A stretch of DNA of 42,083 bases from a virus (IMGVR_UViG_3300045988_093257:1-42083); one strand, 5' to 3'; shown: positions 26,263 through 34,220, counted from the first letter of the stretch. Made by a program: numbers and translations. The notes: generated from the letters alone by a model not told the origin.

Positions 26263-26263
26263 T

Positions 26264-27898
26264 TCAACCTCCGTAATTGATAAAATCGAGGTCATCTTGT
26301 GAGTATTCAAACTCCTCTGATACCTCATTATTCTGCACATATTCAGCTTGTGGCATCGTGTAGTACGTAATTGCAGCCGCCATTACACAGTCATCGTGTG
26401 CTCCTTCTGCTGCTTCTGCTCTTCCCTTGTCATTCTTGACGAAACTCAGTGCTTCATGAAGGAAATCAGTGTCACAAATCAAATCCAAATGCTCATTTAC
26501 AACATCAGTAAGCAAATCAATTGCCAGCGGTCTTGTAAGTGATGTAGTTCTAAAGCCGAATTTCTTCTGCAGAGTCTTTTTGTACTGGTCTACCGACTCT
26601 CGTACATACATATTCAAGTATCCGAACTCTTGAAGCTTCATTGTAGGGTAGGTAGAGAAGTTTGTTTCGGGACAGAGCATCGCATAGTTGTAGTAGTATC
26701 CGAGTCTCATGTACTGTTCAACGAACATTTTCTCGCCATTCTGAGCACGGTACTTCGCTACCATCTTCCCACCTTGGTCCTTGTCTGCCACATAGGCTAC
26801 AAACCAGTCTGAACCTTCTCCAGCAGTATCTGCACCGCTTGAGTATGTATGACCGAACTGTGGTGGCTCGTAAATAGTTACATATCCGCCTTGTGTCTCA
26901 TAGAAATTTCCTTGGTCTGTGAACATTCCTACCTTGCAAGCCACTGGGTGTTCTTCAAGCTCTCTGATTCGTTTCATTACTGTCTGTGTATTGAATACTG
27001 GTCGTCCACTCAAGATAAACGCTTCTTCGGGATTGCTTGGGTATTCTTGACGGAACTTCTCTATATCGTTGCCGCATAGGTTTCTGATGGCATATCTCCG
27101 CCACATAATCTGCTCGTCATCAAGGTCGTACTCTTTCTTAAGACTGCGTTCCTCTTCTGTCAGCGTTTCTCCGTGGTATGGAAGTCTGTATTCCTCCATT
27201 TCAAACCATGGAACAAACAGTGGAATCATGTCGGATTCGCCACTTACTGCCATATCCCACAGATTCTTGAAGTAGTTGTAACCGTTGGCAGTACTTTCAA
27301 TTACAAGCATACTGAAACCGTGCTGAGGAAGTGTCTGCAACAGACCAGTCATCTGGTCAGCTACTGTCTGCCCGTCTTGTTCCTCCCAAAAGGCTAATTC
27401 TGAGCAGTGAATGTAATTGAACGTATTGGAACGTCCTAAACCGCCTTGCCCCGCAGTCGCAACTCTGATATTACTGCGTAGCCCCTTCTTGCTCTCATCG
27501 TCCGTCTTGCTCGGATTCTCGAATCTCAGTTCCTTTGCATTGGAGTATTTGAGCATCGGTTTCAAGCCCTTAGGCAAGTTCTCGTAGTATCTCTTGCACA
27601 TATCAAAGATATGCGTACTACTGTCACTCGTATGGGCTACGACCAATGCACTTCTGAAAAAGTTTGTCATGCAAAGGCTCGTCATGACCGCTTCCGTGAC
27701 CGTTGAGAAGCCCATCTGTCTAGCCTTGAGAATAATAACCTTCATCGGCTTGTCAGCGTTGTAGTGCTCTTTAAATATCTCGTAGAAACGATTCTGTGCG
27801 TGGTTCATGACCAGTGGTCGCAGTTCTCCGCTCTTGGTCTGAATGTTCATGAATCGCTCTATATACTCCTTGAGTGTAATTCCTAAGCCTTCATTCAT
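26264..27898 (-). CDS. terL: Terminase large subunit
   Basis: 544 aa with an ATPase-like KARQMGFSTV segment and a C-terminal nuclease-like acidic region; flanked by TerS and portal. Confidence 0.85.
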   Translation of the reverse strand: MNEGLGITLKEYIERFMNIQTKSGELRPLVMNHAQNRFYEIFKEHYNADKPMKVIILKARQMGFSTVTEAVMTSLCMTNFFRSALVVAHTSDSSTHIFDMCKRYYENLPKGLKPMLKYSNAKELRFENPSKTDDESKKGLRSNIRVATAGQGGLGRSNTFNYIHCSELAFWEEQDGQTVADQMTGLLQTLPQHGFSMLVIESTANGYNYFKNLWDMAVSGESDMIPLFVPWFEMEEYRLPYHGETLTEEERSLKKEYDLDDEQIMWRRYAIRNLCGNDIEKFRQEYPSNPEEAFILSGRPVFNTQTVMKRIRELEEHPVACKVGMFTDQGNFYETQGGYVTIYEPPQFGHTYSSGADTAGEGSDWFVAYVADKDQGGKMVAKYRAQNGEKMFVEQYMRLGYYYNYAMLCPETNFSTYPTMKLQEFGYLNMYVRESVDQYKKTLQKKFGFRTTSLTRPLAIDLLTDVVNEHLDLICDTDFLHEALSFVKNDKGRAEAAEGAHDDCVMAAAITYYTMPQAEYVQNNEVSEEFEYSQDDLDFINYGG

Positions 27899-28257
27899 GC
27901 TTTCATCTTTCCACCAGTCAGTGCTTGTTCTAGCGTAATAGCACCACTGTCTACTGCTTCAATCGTTCCCTTGTCACTCCATCCCATATTCTTCAGTCCG
28001 AAGATGGCACCAGTGACCGTACTCTTATCCATCATCTGATGTTCGTACATGTTCTGAAACATTGCTTGTGCATATTCGATAGCATCGTCGTACTTTCTGT
28101 TCTTGCTCAGTTCATTCCACTTTCTCTTGCCGATTCCGCAGTACAGTAGCAGCCCCGCCTTTGTAGGCTGCTCTTCCTTGTCAAAATACTCGTGTACCTT
28201 ATCTTCAAACTCATTTGGAGTTAGACTTAGGTTGAATCTTTTCTGTGGTCTTCCCAT
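27895..28257 (-). CDS. terS: Terminase small subunit
   Basis: 120 aa from ATG 28257 (AGAGGTGG RBS), starting MGRPQK. ATGA overlap with terL. Call based on position and size. Confidence 0.6.
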   Translation of the reverse strand: MGRPQKRFNLSLTPNEFEDKVHEYFDKEEQPTKAGLLLYCGIGKRKWNELSKNRKYDDAIEYAQAMFQNMYEHQMMDKSTVTGAIFGLKNMGWSDKGTIEAVDSGAITLEQALTGGKMKA

Positions 28258-28417
28258 TTCTTCCACCTCTTATTCTTGAATTTGTTATCTTCTCTACTGT
28301 CTCTGTACTGACTCTGATTCTCAAGTCGGGCAGTACCATAATCCATTCCCCGTCGCTCTCAGCGAAATACTCTATCTTGTCAGTATTGATAATGTAGTTG
28401 TCTTTTCTAATGAACAT
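28211..28417 (-). CDS. Small protein, first gene of the late operon
   Basis: 68 aa from ATG 28417 with an AAGGAG RBS (MFIRKDNYIINTDKIEYF...). The upstream in-frame extension to 28663 is the GC-rich repeat and is rejected. Confidence 0.55.
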   Translation of the reverse strand: MFIRKDNYIINTDKIEYFAESDGEWIMVLPDLRIRVSTETVEKITNSRIRGGRNGKTTEKIQPKSNSK

Positions 28418-28569
28418 ATGTGCTCCTTGTATACCCCTCATACTAGGGATTTTTACTTGTGACTCAGTCCATTGAAACTTTGTGGGGGTGCAATTTTGGG
28501 CTCTCTCTAGGGGGCTAACAACCACACAACAACAATAACGTTCCACATAGCCCACGGGTGCAATATGCC

Positions 28570-28644
28570 CGCGTGCGTGCTCGCGTGTGTGCGTGTGTGC
28601 GTACGCGTTACGCGTGTGCGTGTGTGTGCGTGCGTGCACGCGTG
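28570..28644. repeat. GC-rich alternating purine/pyrimidine tract ((CG/TG)n, Z-DNA-prone) with three ACGCGT palindromes
   Basis: Strict R/Y alternation in blocks 28570-28580, 28582-28608 and 28609-28644. ACGCGT at 28603, 28610 and 28638. Stands out against the AT-rich surroundings. Confidence 0.9.
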
Positions 28645-28764
28645 ATACCTTATCTATTATCATTTGTCAACACTTTTCTTCATTTATCCATTGAGATATT
28701 CAACGAATGTATGAAAACACTTTGTTTGTGGTGGTTTGTGTTCCAGCTTCTACCAATTTCAACC

Positions 28765-28791
28765 ATGTGAAAATATCGTGTTTTCTCACAA
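28765..28791. promoter_or_regulatory. 27-bp inverted repeat site 1 (ATGTGAA-N13-CTCACAA)
   Basis: Member of a four-copy TTGTGAA-N13-TTCACAA family; followed by a perfect TATAAT at 28798-28803. Confidence 0.5.
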
Positions 28792-28916
28792 CTTGATTAT
28801 AATCAAATTGACATCCAATTTTCTTGACCCGTGGTCAAATATTAATGACTATCGGTCATTTTTTTAAAGGTTACGTTACGTCACTCTATTTTGAGTTTTG
28901 CCAGTCTTATTTCTAT

Positions 28917-28943
28917 TTGTGAATTTCTTTTATTTCTTCACAA
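28917..28943. promoter_or_regulatory. 27-bp inverted repeat site 2 (TTGTGAA-N13-TTCACAA)
   Basis: Perfect 7-bp arms read from the sequence. Confidence 0.55.
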
Positions 28944-28954
28944 TGCAAATATAT

Positions 28955-28981
28955 TTGTGAAAATACTTGTTTATTTCACAA
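28955..28981. promoter_or_regulatory. 27-bp inverted repeat site 3 (TTGTGAAA-N11-TTTCACAA)
   Basis: Perfect 8-bp arms, 12 bp after site 2. Confidence 0.55.
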
Positions 28982-29042
28982 TGGTAATAAACCTGTTTTC
29001 TCTATATATCTCTTTATATCCTATTATATACTTAAAAGCACT

Positions 29043-29069
29043 TTGTGAAAATTCGTCTGTTTTTCACTA
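29043..29069. promoter_or_regulatory. 27-bp inverted repeat site 4 (TTGTGAA-N13-TTCACTA)
   Basis: One mismatch in the right arm; same 27-bp frame as sites 1-3. Confidence 0.5.
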
Positions 29070-29212
29070 CTTTCCAAAAATCCCGAAACAAATCAAGAAA
29101 AAACACAATTTTAAATTTTTTTAAAAAATATTTTTTTGCGTTTTTTGGCTTATTTATGCCTAAATCTTTGTTCCGGAATAAATTTTAATTGTTCCAAAAA
29201 GAAACAAAAGTG

Positions 29213-29242
29213 TTGACGCTATAGCCGTAATGGGGGTATATT
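29213..29242 (+). promoter_or_regulatory. Strong sigma70-type promoter of the plus-strand accessory operon
   Basis: TTGACG (29213-29218), an 18-nt spacer, then TATATT (29237-29242). Confidence 0.6.
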
Positions 29243-29248
29243 GTAGTT

Positions 29249-29783
29249 GCAAGCAATGAACGGGGTATAAAAACCGGATAGGGTTGCTTAAATTACTGTT
29301 CTTTAAAATCTATATAAGTCTACTTGGAGGTGTAGCAATAGTGTTTATGTAATAACGTCCGACGTGTCACGGTATGCCGTGGGTAAACATGTGACTAAAA
29401 AGCATAAATAAGCGTAAAACCGCTGCTAGTTCTTTGAAAATTAAATAACCATGTTGTAAGAATACGGCTTGATGATACTACTTGCGACGACATCAGCAAT
29501 GACGAGCGAGCGACTATATGAGTAATAAGACGGGTAAATACTTAGGTATACCTTTGCAAACCCCACTTGATAGGAAAAGGCAAACATGAGCAAATGGCAA
29601 CAACCATATGGAAGTAATGGGACCATATTAACCAATGATATCTTGCTAGGTGTAAAAGATTATTTATTGTTACGGAAGTTTCGGGCGGTAGCTTTAAAAA
29701 TCGCCCTTCTAATGGCTAACGAAAGCTAACTACTTTCAATAACCACCAATAATAAAAAATCATTGTTAGGAGGAAAAAACACA
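29249..29783 (+). ncRNA. ~535-nt ORF-poor leader / candidate large structured RNA
   Basis: No RBS-preceded ORF above 47 aa. Visibly more G+C than the flanking spacer. Local helices at 29251-29256/29284-29289, 29368-29372/29377-29381 and 29470-29474/29491-29495. Pseudoknot-like pairings at 29683-29687/29702-29706 with 29689-29695/29722-29728. Confidence 0.35.
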
Positions 29784-29996
29784 ATGAAAATCAATGCTAA
29801 AAATGAAGTATTCGAATCACTCGCACATTACTTAACACTTAGAAAAGCGTATCAAAATGAAGATGAAGCATTAATCGACTGTTACACAAATTCAAGTGAA
29901 GTCATTGATACTCTTATCTATCTAGATGCCGTTGGCGAGCCTAACGCTCAAAGTTTCTACTATAGCTATGTAGCATGCTTAGGAAGTGAGGACTAA
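29784..29996 (+). CDS. Hypothetical small acidic protein (first gene of the accessory operon)
   Basis: 70 aa from ATG 29784, AGGAGG RBS 10 nt upstream. Confidence 0.65.
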   Translation: MKINAKNEVFESLAHYLTLRKAYQNEDEALIDCYTNSSEVIDTLIYLDAVGEPNAQSFYYSYVACLGSED

Positions 29997-30000
29997 CAAC

Positions 30001-30201
30001 ATGGAAAACAAACAAGCTATTTGTGATGCTCTTTTAACTACTCTCCAGTTAACACGACGCTATGAAGATATCCAACACATCGCTTATGATGCAGCCACTG
30101 AGACAGTTACGGTCACTTATAACGAGATATCGCATCGTTATATCAATGTTGAGTGTGACAGTGGTATCGCAATGGTTCAAGACATCTTGAAGAACATCTA
30201 A
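30001..30201 (+). CDS. Hypothetical small protein
   Basis: 66 aa from ATG 30001 (GAGGA RBS); followed by hairpin GAGGGG-TTTAT-CCCCTC at 30205-30221. Confidence 0.6.
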   Translation: MENKQAICDALLTTLQLTRRYEDIQHIAYDAATETVTVTYNEISHRYINVECDSGIAMVQDILKNI

Positions 30202-30324
30202 CACGAGGGGTTTATCCCCTCTTATGTAATGCAACCGCAAGACGGTTACAAGTCCGTTTGAAAAATGCAGAGTACATGAGTTCATTATTTTGTATGTGCA
30301 GACAAGCACGAGGAGGAAGAAAAA

Positions 30325-31851
30325 ATGACAACTACTAAAACATTCAAGGGCAACGGTGCCGACAAGATTCTTGCTGAGAAAATCATCGAAAAAGTGACAG
30401 AAACTAACACTTTACCATGGCAAAAGCCTTGGGATAGACGTATCAATGCTTACAGTTACGCAAGTAAGAAGCCATTCTGTCTAGTTAACGCTTTCTTGCT
30501 GAACCATGAGGGTGGTTATGTATCATTCAATGAAATTAAGAAAAAAGGCTATCAGTTCAAGCCTGAGTATGAGGGTGTGAAGGGTCTAGCTGAACCAGTA
30601 TTTATGAGATGGCTTACTGAAAAGGAAGTATTAGACAAGGACGGAAAACCACAACTAAACGCTGATGGCGAACCATTGACAAGAGACTATTGGGGTACAA
30701 GATTCTTTAGCGAGTGGTCGATTGGATTCTTACAAGACAAGGACGGAAACCCTTTAGTAGACGGAGAAAGCAAGGAACCGTTATACAACTACAATGCTGA
30801 ACAGTTGATTGCTAACTACTTCAACCGTCACGGTGTAACACTTATTAGAAATGCTAACTTGAATAAAGCGTTCTTTAGTCCGTCAACAATGACAGTCAAC
30901 ATTCCAAATGACAACCGTTTTGAAGATTCTACTCTTTACTACTCTACAGTTTTCCATGAAATGGTACATAGTACTGGTATCGAACTCGGTAGAAAGATGG
31001 ACGGAGACAAGAAAAGCAAGGACTACAGTTTTGAAGAATTAGTGGCTGAGATTGGTGCATGGATTCTAAGAGGTTTGTGTGGTATCGAAACCGTAAAAGC
31101 AGAAGAAAACAGTACTGCATACTTACAAGGTTGGTGTAGTACATTCAAAGAGAAGCCATATTGGATTATGATGGCTTACTCAATGGCTGACAAGGCTGTG
31201 AAGTGCATTACTGAGGGTTTGGATTCCACTAAGGAATTGCCATATACAGAAGTAAAGGCATTGCCAGCACCTAAGAAAAAGACAACAAAAAAGGCTCGCA
31301 AGGTTCAAAAGCAGAGCCTTTTTGATGAAGTCTCAAGAGAACAGAAGCGTGGTATCAAGAAAATGCATACATACTGTGCAAGAAATGCAAAGAAAACCGG
31401 AAGAAACGTGCTATCAAAACAGTATGAATGTACATGGAACGACAAGAAATACAACGCAGTTACAGACAGTTACATGGCTTTTATGACAGAAAACAACATT
31501 GACGGGTTTGAACCACTGTCAAAAGATGAAAGCAAGCCTCATATTGAGAACATGCTTAGTATTTGTAAGGCACTTCCAAGCGAGATTGTTGTAGTATCAC
31601 AACTCAACATTGACAGACTGAAAGAACAAGCTAAAAAGTCAATCAAAGATGATATCAATGTTGGAACATACAAATTATTCAATAGTTATGTAGACGCTAA
31701 GAGACTGCTGACAGTGCTTGAATGTATGGAGTACAAAGACAAGGATATTGTTATCAATGTACCAAAAGATAACTACAAGCCTATCATGTTTAGAAGTACA
31801 GACCTTAAGAACTATGCCCTCTTATGCCCTATTAGACACAATGAAGCCTAA
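30325..31851 (+). CDS. ardC: ArdC-like antirestriction protein (ssDNA-binding N-domain plus zincin HExxH protease domain) with a ~200-aa C-terminal extension
   Basis: LPWQKPW N-domain motif. YYSTVFHEMVHSTG ... YSFEELVAEIGAWIL matches the ArdC metalloprotease core. AGGAGG RBS. Confidence 0.8.
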   Translation: MTTTKTFKGNGADKILAEKIIEKVTETNTLPWQKPWDRRINAYSYASKKPFCLVNAFLLNHEGGYVSFNEIKKKGYQFKPEYEGVKGLAEPVFMRWLTEKEVLDKDGKPQLNADGEPLTRDYWGTRFFSEWSIGFLQDKDGNPLVDGESKEPLYNYNAEQLIANYFNRHGVTLIRNANLNKAFFSPSTMTVNIPNDNRFEDSTLYYSTVFHEMVHSTGIELGRKMDGDKKSKDYSFEELVAEIGAWILRGLCGIETVKAEENSTAYLQGWCSTFKEKPYWIMMAYSMADKAVKCITEGLDSTKELPYTEVKALPAPKKKTTKKARKVQKQSLFDEVSREQKRGIKKMHTYCARNAKKTGRNVLSKQYECTWNDKKYNAVTDSYMAFMTENNIDGFEPLSKDESKPHIENMLSICKALPSEIVVVSQLNIDRLKEQAKKSIKDDINVGTYKLFNSYVDAKRLLTVLECMEYKDKDIVINVPKDNYKPIMFRSTDLKNYALLCPIRHNEA

Positions 31852-31884
31852 CAACAGAGTTAGGCTTTTTGAATGGAGAAGATT

Positions 31885-32154
31885 ATGGAAAACGTATATA
31901 AGTTAGCTACTGATTTACTACAGTTTGCTAGAGATTATGACACATATGAGTTCATGGATACATATAACACAAGTGAAATAACAGTTGAAGTTATTAATGA
32001 TACAGTTGCTCAACTGCTGAATGACAAGCAATTTCATGGCATTTGTGAATGGCTATACAACATTTACAGTGAAGAAAGCGTATATGGCTGCACAAACAAT
32101 GCTCATGAAAGTATCGCACTGCTGAGAAGATTGGAGGGAACATGGACACGCTGA
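31885..32154 (+). CDS. Hypothetical small acidic protein
   Basis: 89 aa from ATG 31885 (GGAGAA RBS); the alternative ATG 31873 lacks an RBS. Confidence 0.55.
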   Translation: MENVYKLATDLLQFARDYDTYEFMDTYNTSEITVEVINDTVAQLLNDKQFHGICEWLYNIYSEESVYGCTNNAHESIALLRRLEGTWTR

Positions 32155-32255
32155 AATTTTGTATCAAGGTTTTTCTGCTCGCAAGTATTGTAAGTATCAT
32201 CGCAATTCTCGCCTTTATTGGTTTCGTTGATTGGTGGTTTTTAGTAATAGCATAG
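32142..32255 (+). CDS. 37-aa single-pass membrane micropeptide, below the ORF-track cutoff
   Basis: GGAGG RBS 5 nt upstream of ATG 32142. MDTLKFCIKVFLLASIVSIIAILAFIGFVDWWFLVIA is almost entirely one hydrophobic helix. Confidence 0.5.
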   Translation: MDTLKFCIKVFLLASIVSIIAILAFIGFVDWWFLVIA

Positions 32256-32264
32256 GAGGAAGAT

Positions 32265-32774
32265 ATGGCTAAATTATATTTTATTTCAAGAGTAGTACAT
32301 GAGTTTTACAGATTAGATGAAGAAGCATTCACAGTCGGTGGGTGTTTCAATGCACACAATCATGAGGAAGAAGTCATTGATGTATATGATTCAAGACGGC
32401 TTGCTGAAAGAAGATTCAAACCGTACCGAACACATATGAGTCGTGTAGGTAAGAACGTTATTGTAGAAGAATATGCAGTCATTGAACGTGAATACGACTT
32501 TAAAGAAATGATTAAAGACTATGATGAGTTGCGTAGCAAGTTTGACTGTATCGAAGCACTGAAAAAGAATCCATTTGACTATGGAGAGTATGAAACATGC
32601 TATGAAGATGTTATTGAGTGTTCCCCTCGCCTATACACTGGATATGTAGAGTGGGACGACATGCAAAAGGCAAAAGCATTTTCAAGTTACATTGTTGCTT
32701 GCAGATGGGTCGAGCTTGTGGAAGAAAGCCGAAAAGGTCAATGGGTCAAACGCAGTGGTGTTGAACTTCACTGA
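32265..32774 (+). CDS. Hypothetical protein
   Basis: 169 aa, AGGAGG RBS. Confidence 0.65.
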   Translation: MAKLYFISRVVHEFYRLDEEAFTVGGCFNAHNHEEEVIDVYDSRRLAERRFKPYRTHMSRVGKNVIVEEYAVIEREYDFKEMIKDYDELRSKFDCIEALKKNPFDYGEYETCYEDVIECSPRLYTGYVEWDDMQKAKAFSSYIVACRWVELVEESRKGQWVKRSGVELH

Positions 32775-32843
32775 TGGTTATACAGTTCCATTCAAAAACT
32801 GTTTATATATGTAAGCTGAAATTAGCTAAAGGAGAAAAGAAAA

Positions 32844-33290
32844 ATGAGTTGCTATGTAGTAGACAAGAAAGTTATTGATTTGATGGTCAGCTGGATTTTT
32901 GACCACAATGATTACAAGGCTGAGAATTATCACTATTATGGTTATTACGGTGGTATTCTGCTCGATGTAAACGAAATGCGTAATGCTATCGGTCAGTCAT
33001 TGCTTGATGCTAACTATGATAGTGTAAATTACAGATATGATGAGAATCGCAAAGCACCTACTTATGAATACAGTGAGGATGCACTTCGTGAATCATGCAA
33101 GAATGGAACATATGAAGCTGATGTATACAGTGCTATTCAAGAATATAACTATCAAGCTTGTGAAGGCGATAACTACTTTGAATCAGAGTTGTATCATTCT
33201 TTGCAAGATGCTAAAGAAAGTATGCTAGTAGGACTGCTGAAACGTGTATGTCCTAAGGCAGACGGTTGGGGATTCGATTTCTATGGCTAA
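32844..33290 (+). CDS. Hypothetical acidic Tyr-rich protein
   Basis: 148 aa, AAAGGAG RBS. Confidence 0.65.
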   Translation: MSCYVVDKKVIDLMVSWIFDHNDYKAENYHYYGYYGGILLDVNEMRNAIGQSLLDANYDSVNYRYDENRKAPTYEYSEDALRESCKNGTYEADVYSAIQEYNYQACEGDNYFESELYHSLQDAKESMLVGLLKRVCPKADGWGFDFYG

Positions 33291-33313
33291 TCCCCTTTTT
33301 GGAGGTAATGAAA

Positions 33314-33574
33314 ATGAGTTTGAACTATTTTAAAAGACTGCTGGAGATTGCTAATAAATACACTTTAATAATTGATGGAGAAAAAATTACATTGTTTTCT
33401 CTCAAATCAAGAAAGGAAATAACAGATTTAATCTATGCACTTCATGAAGAATGGAGTATTCACAATGTTGAAGAAGAAACTGGAGAAGATTTTCTAGAGT
33501 TCCTATATGAGAACATTGGTTCCGATTCATTGCTATTAGATTCTTATGGTGAGTACATTGATTTAAATTTTTAA
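33314..33574 (+). CDS. Hypothetical small protein
   Basis: 86 aa from ATG 33314 (GGAGG 9 nt upstream). Confidence 0.6.
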   Translation: MSLNYFKRLLEIANKYTLIIDGEKITLFSLKSRKEITDLIYALHEEWSIHNVEEETGEDFLEFLYENIGSDSLLLDSYGEYIDLNF

Positions 33575-33586
33575 TTGGAGGAAATT

Positions 33587-33991
33587 ATGGCAGATATGAC
33601 AGACGTACAGAAAACTTATGAAAAATTAAAGCAAATTGCTAATGACGAGCCTTTTAAGTTTATAAGAGAATGGAACAAAGGGCTTGAGTACACTGATACA
33701 TTGGTTATTAGAAAGATGGAAGAGTTCAATGAAACAATGTATGCCTTTGGGCTATCCCCTATTCAAGTATTCAGACTTGATTACACTGACTTTGAAGAGA
33801 TTGACAGCTATTTCGTTTTTGATGGTTGTCGTATAATCAGTGCTGATAAAATTGCAGACCTGCTTGGTTTTTTGGATTTCAACTATGACAGAGCGTTTTA
33901 CAGATGGGTATACAATGTTGCATTTCCAGAGTTTTCGATAACAAATGATGAAGAATCATTTTATAATCAATTTAAGGTAAAAGGAGAATAA
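33587..33991 (+). CDS. Hypothetical acidic protein
   Basis: 134 aa from ATG 33587 (GGAGG RBS). Confidence 0.6.
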   Translation: MADMTDVQKTYEKLKQIANDEPFKFIREWNKGLEYTDTLVIRKMEEFNETMYAFGLSPIQVFRLDYTDFEEIDSYFVFDGCRIISADKIADLLGFLDFNYDRAFYRWVYNVAFPEFSITNDEESFYNQFKVKGE

Positions 33992-33992
33992 T

Positions 33993-34169
33993 ATGACAGT
34001 TTATGATTTGATGGGCTACATTATGGATGATTCACAAGTAGAGATTTACATGTTGGATGAAGGAAAAACAGTGTTCAGTGGAGATGTGAGTGATATTCCA
34101 TGGAACTTGACAGTACTTGAGGTTGCTTCTATAAACCCTGAGGAAAACGCTATTGTTATTAATATCTAG
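33993..34169 (+). CDS. 58-aa acidic protein, below the ORF-track cutoff
   Basis: AAGGAG RBS, ATG 33993, MTVYDLMGYIMDDSQVEIYMLDEGK...; ends at the terminator. Confidence 0.5.
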   Translation: MTVYDLMGYIMDDSQVEIYMLDEGKTVFSGDVSDIPWNLTVLEVASINPEENAIVINI

Positions 34170-34194
34170 GGGAATGAATAGTTCCCCTTTTTTC
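34168..34194 (+). terminator. Rho-independent terminator or attenuator inside the accessory operon
   Basis: AGGGGAA-TGAATAG-TTCCCCT followed by TTTTT. Confidence 0.6.
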
Positions 34195-34220
34195 TACCAT
34201 ACAGAAAGGAATATAAAATT

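Noticed and set aside
28418-28663. N-terminal extension of ORF 28211..28663 (…ARTHTHTRNAYAHTHTREHARGH…)
   Set aside because: The extension is simply the (CG/TG)n tract read in frame. A much better start (ATG 28417 with an AAGGAG RBS) exists downstream.
29441-29635. 64-aa minus-strand ORF in the leader region
   Set aside because: It has no RBS, is antisense to a promoter-driven transcript and is isolated from any minus-strand operon. Likely spurious.
29586-29729. 47-aa plus-strand ORF (MSKWQQPYGSNGTILTNDILLG...) inside the long leader
   Set aside because: It has only a weak AAAGG RBS and two CGG codons atypical for this genome. It also coincides with the pseudoknot-like helices. It is kept as an open alternative in the leader finding rather than called as a gene.
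29249-29783. Known small ribozyme or riboswitch cores (e.g. hammerhead CUGAUGA...GAAA) in the leader
   Set aside because: Only partial, non-syntenic matches (UGAUGA at 29470, GAAAGC at 29721) were seen, without the required stem arrangement. They cannot be supported by eye.
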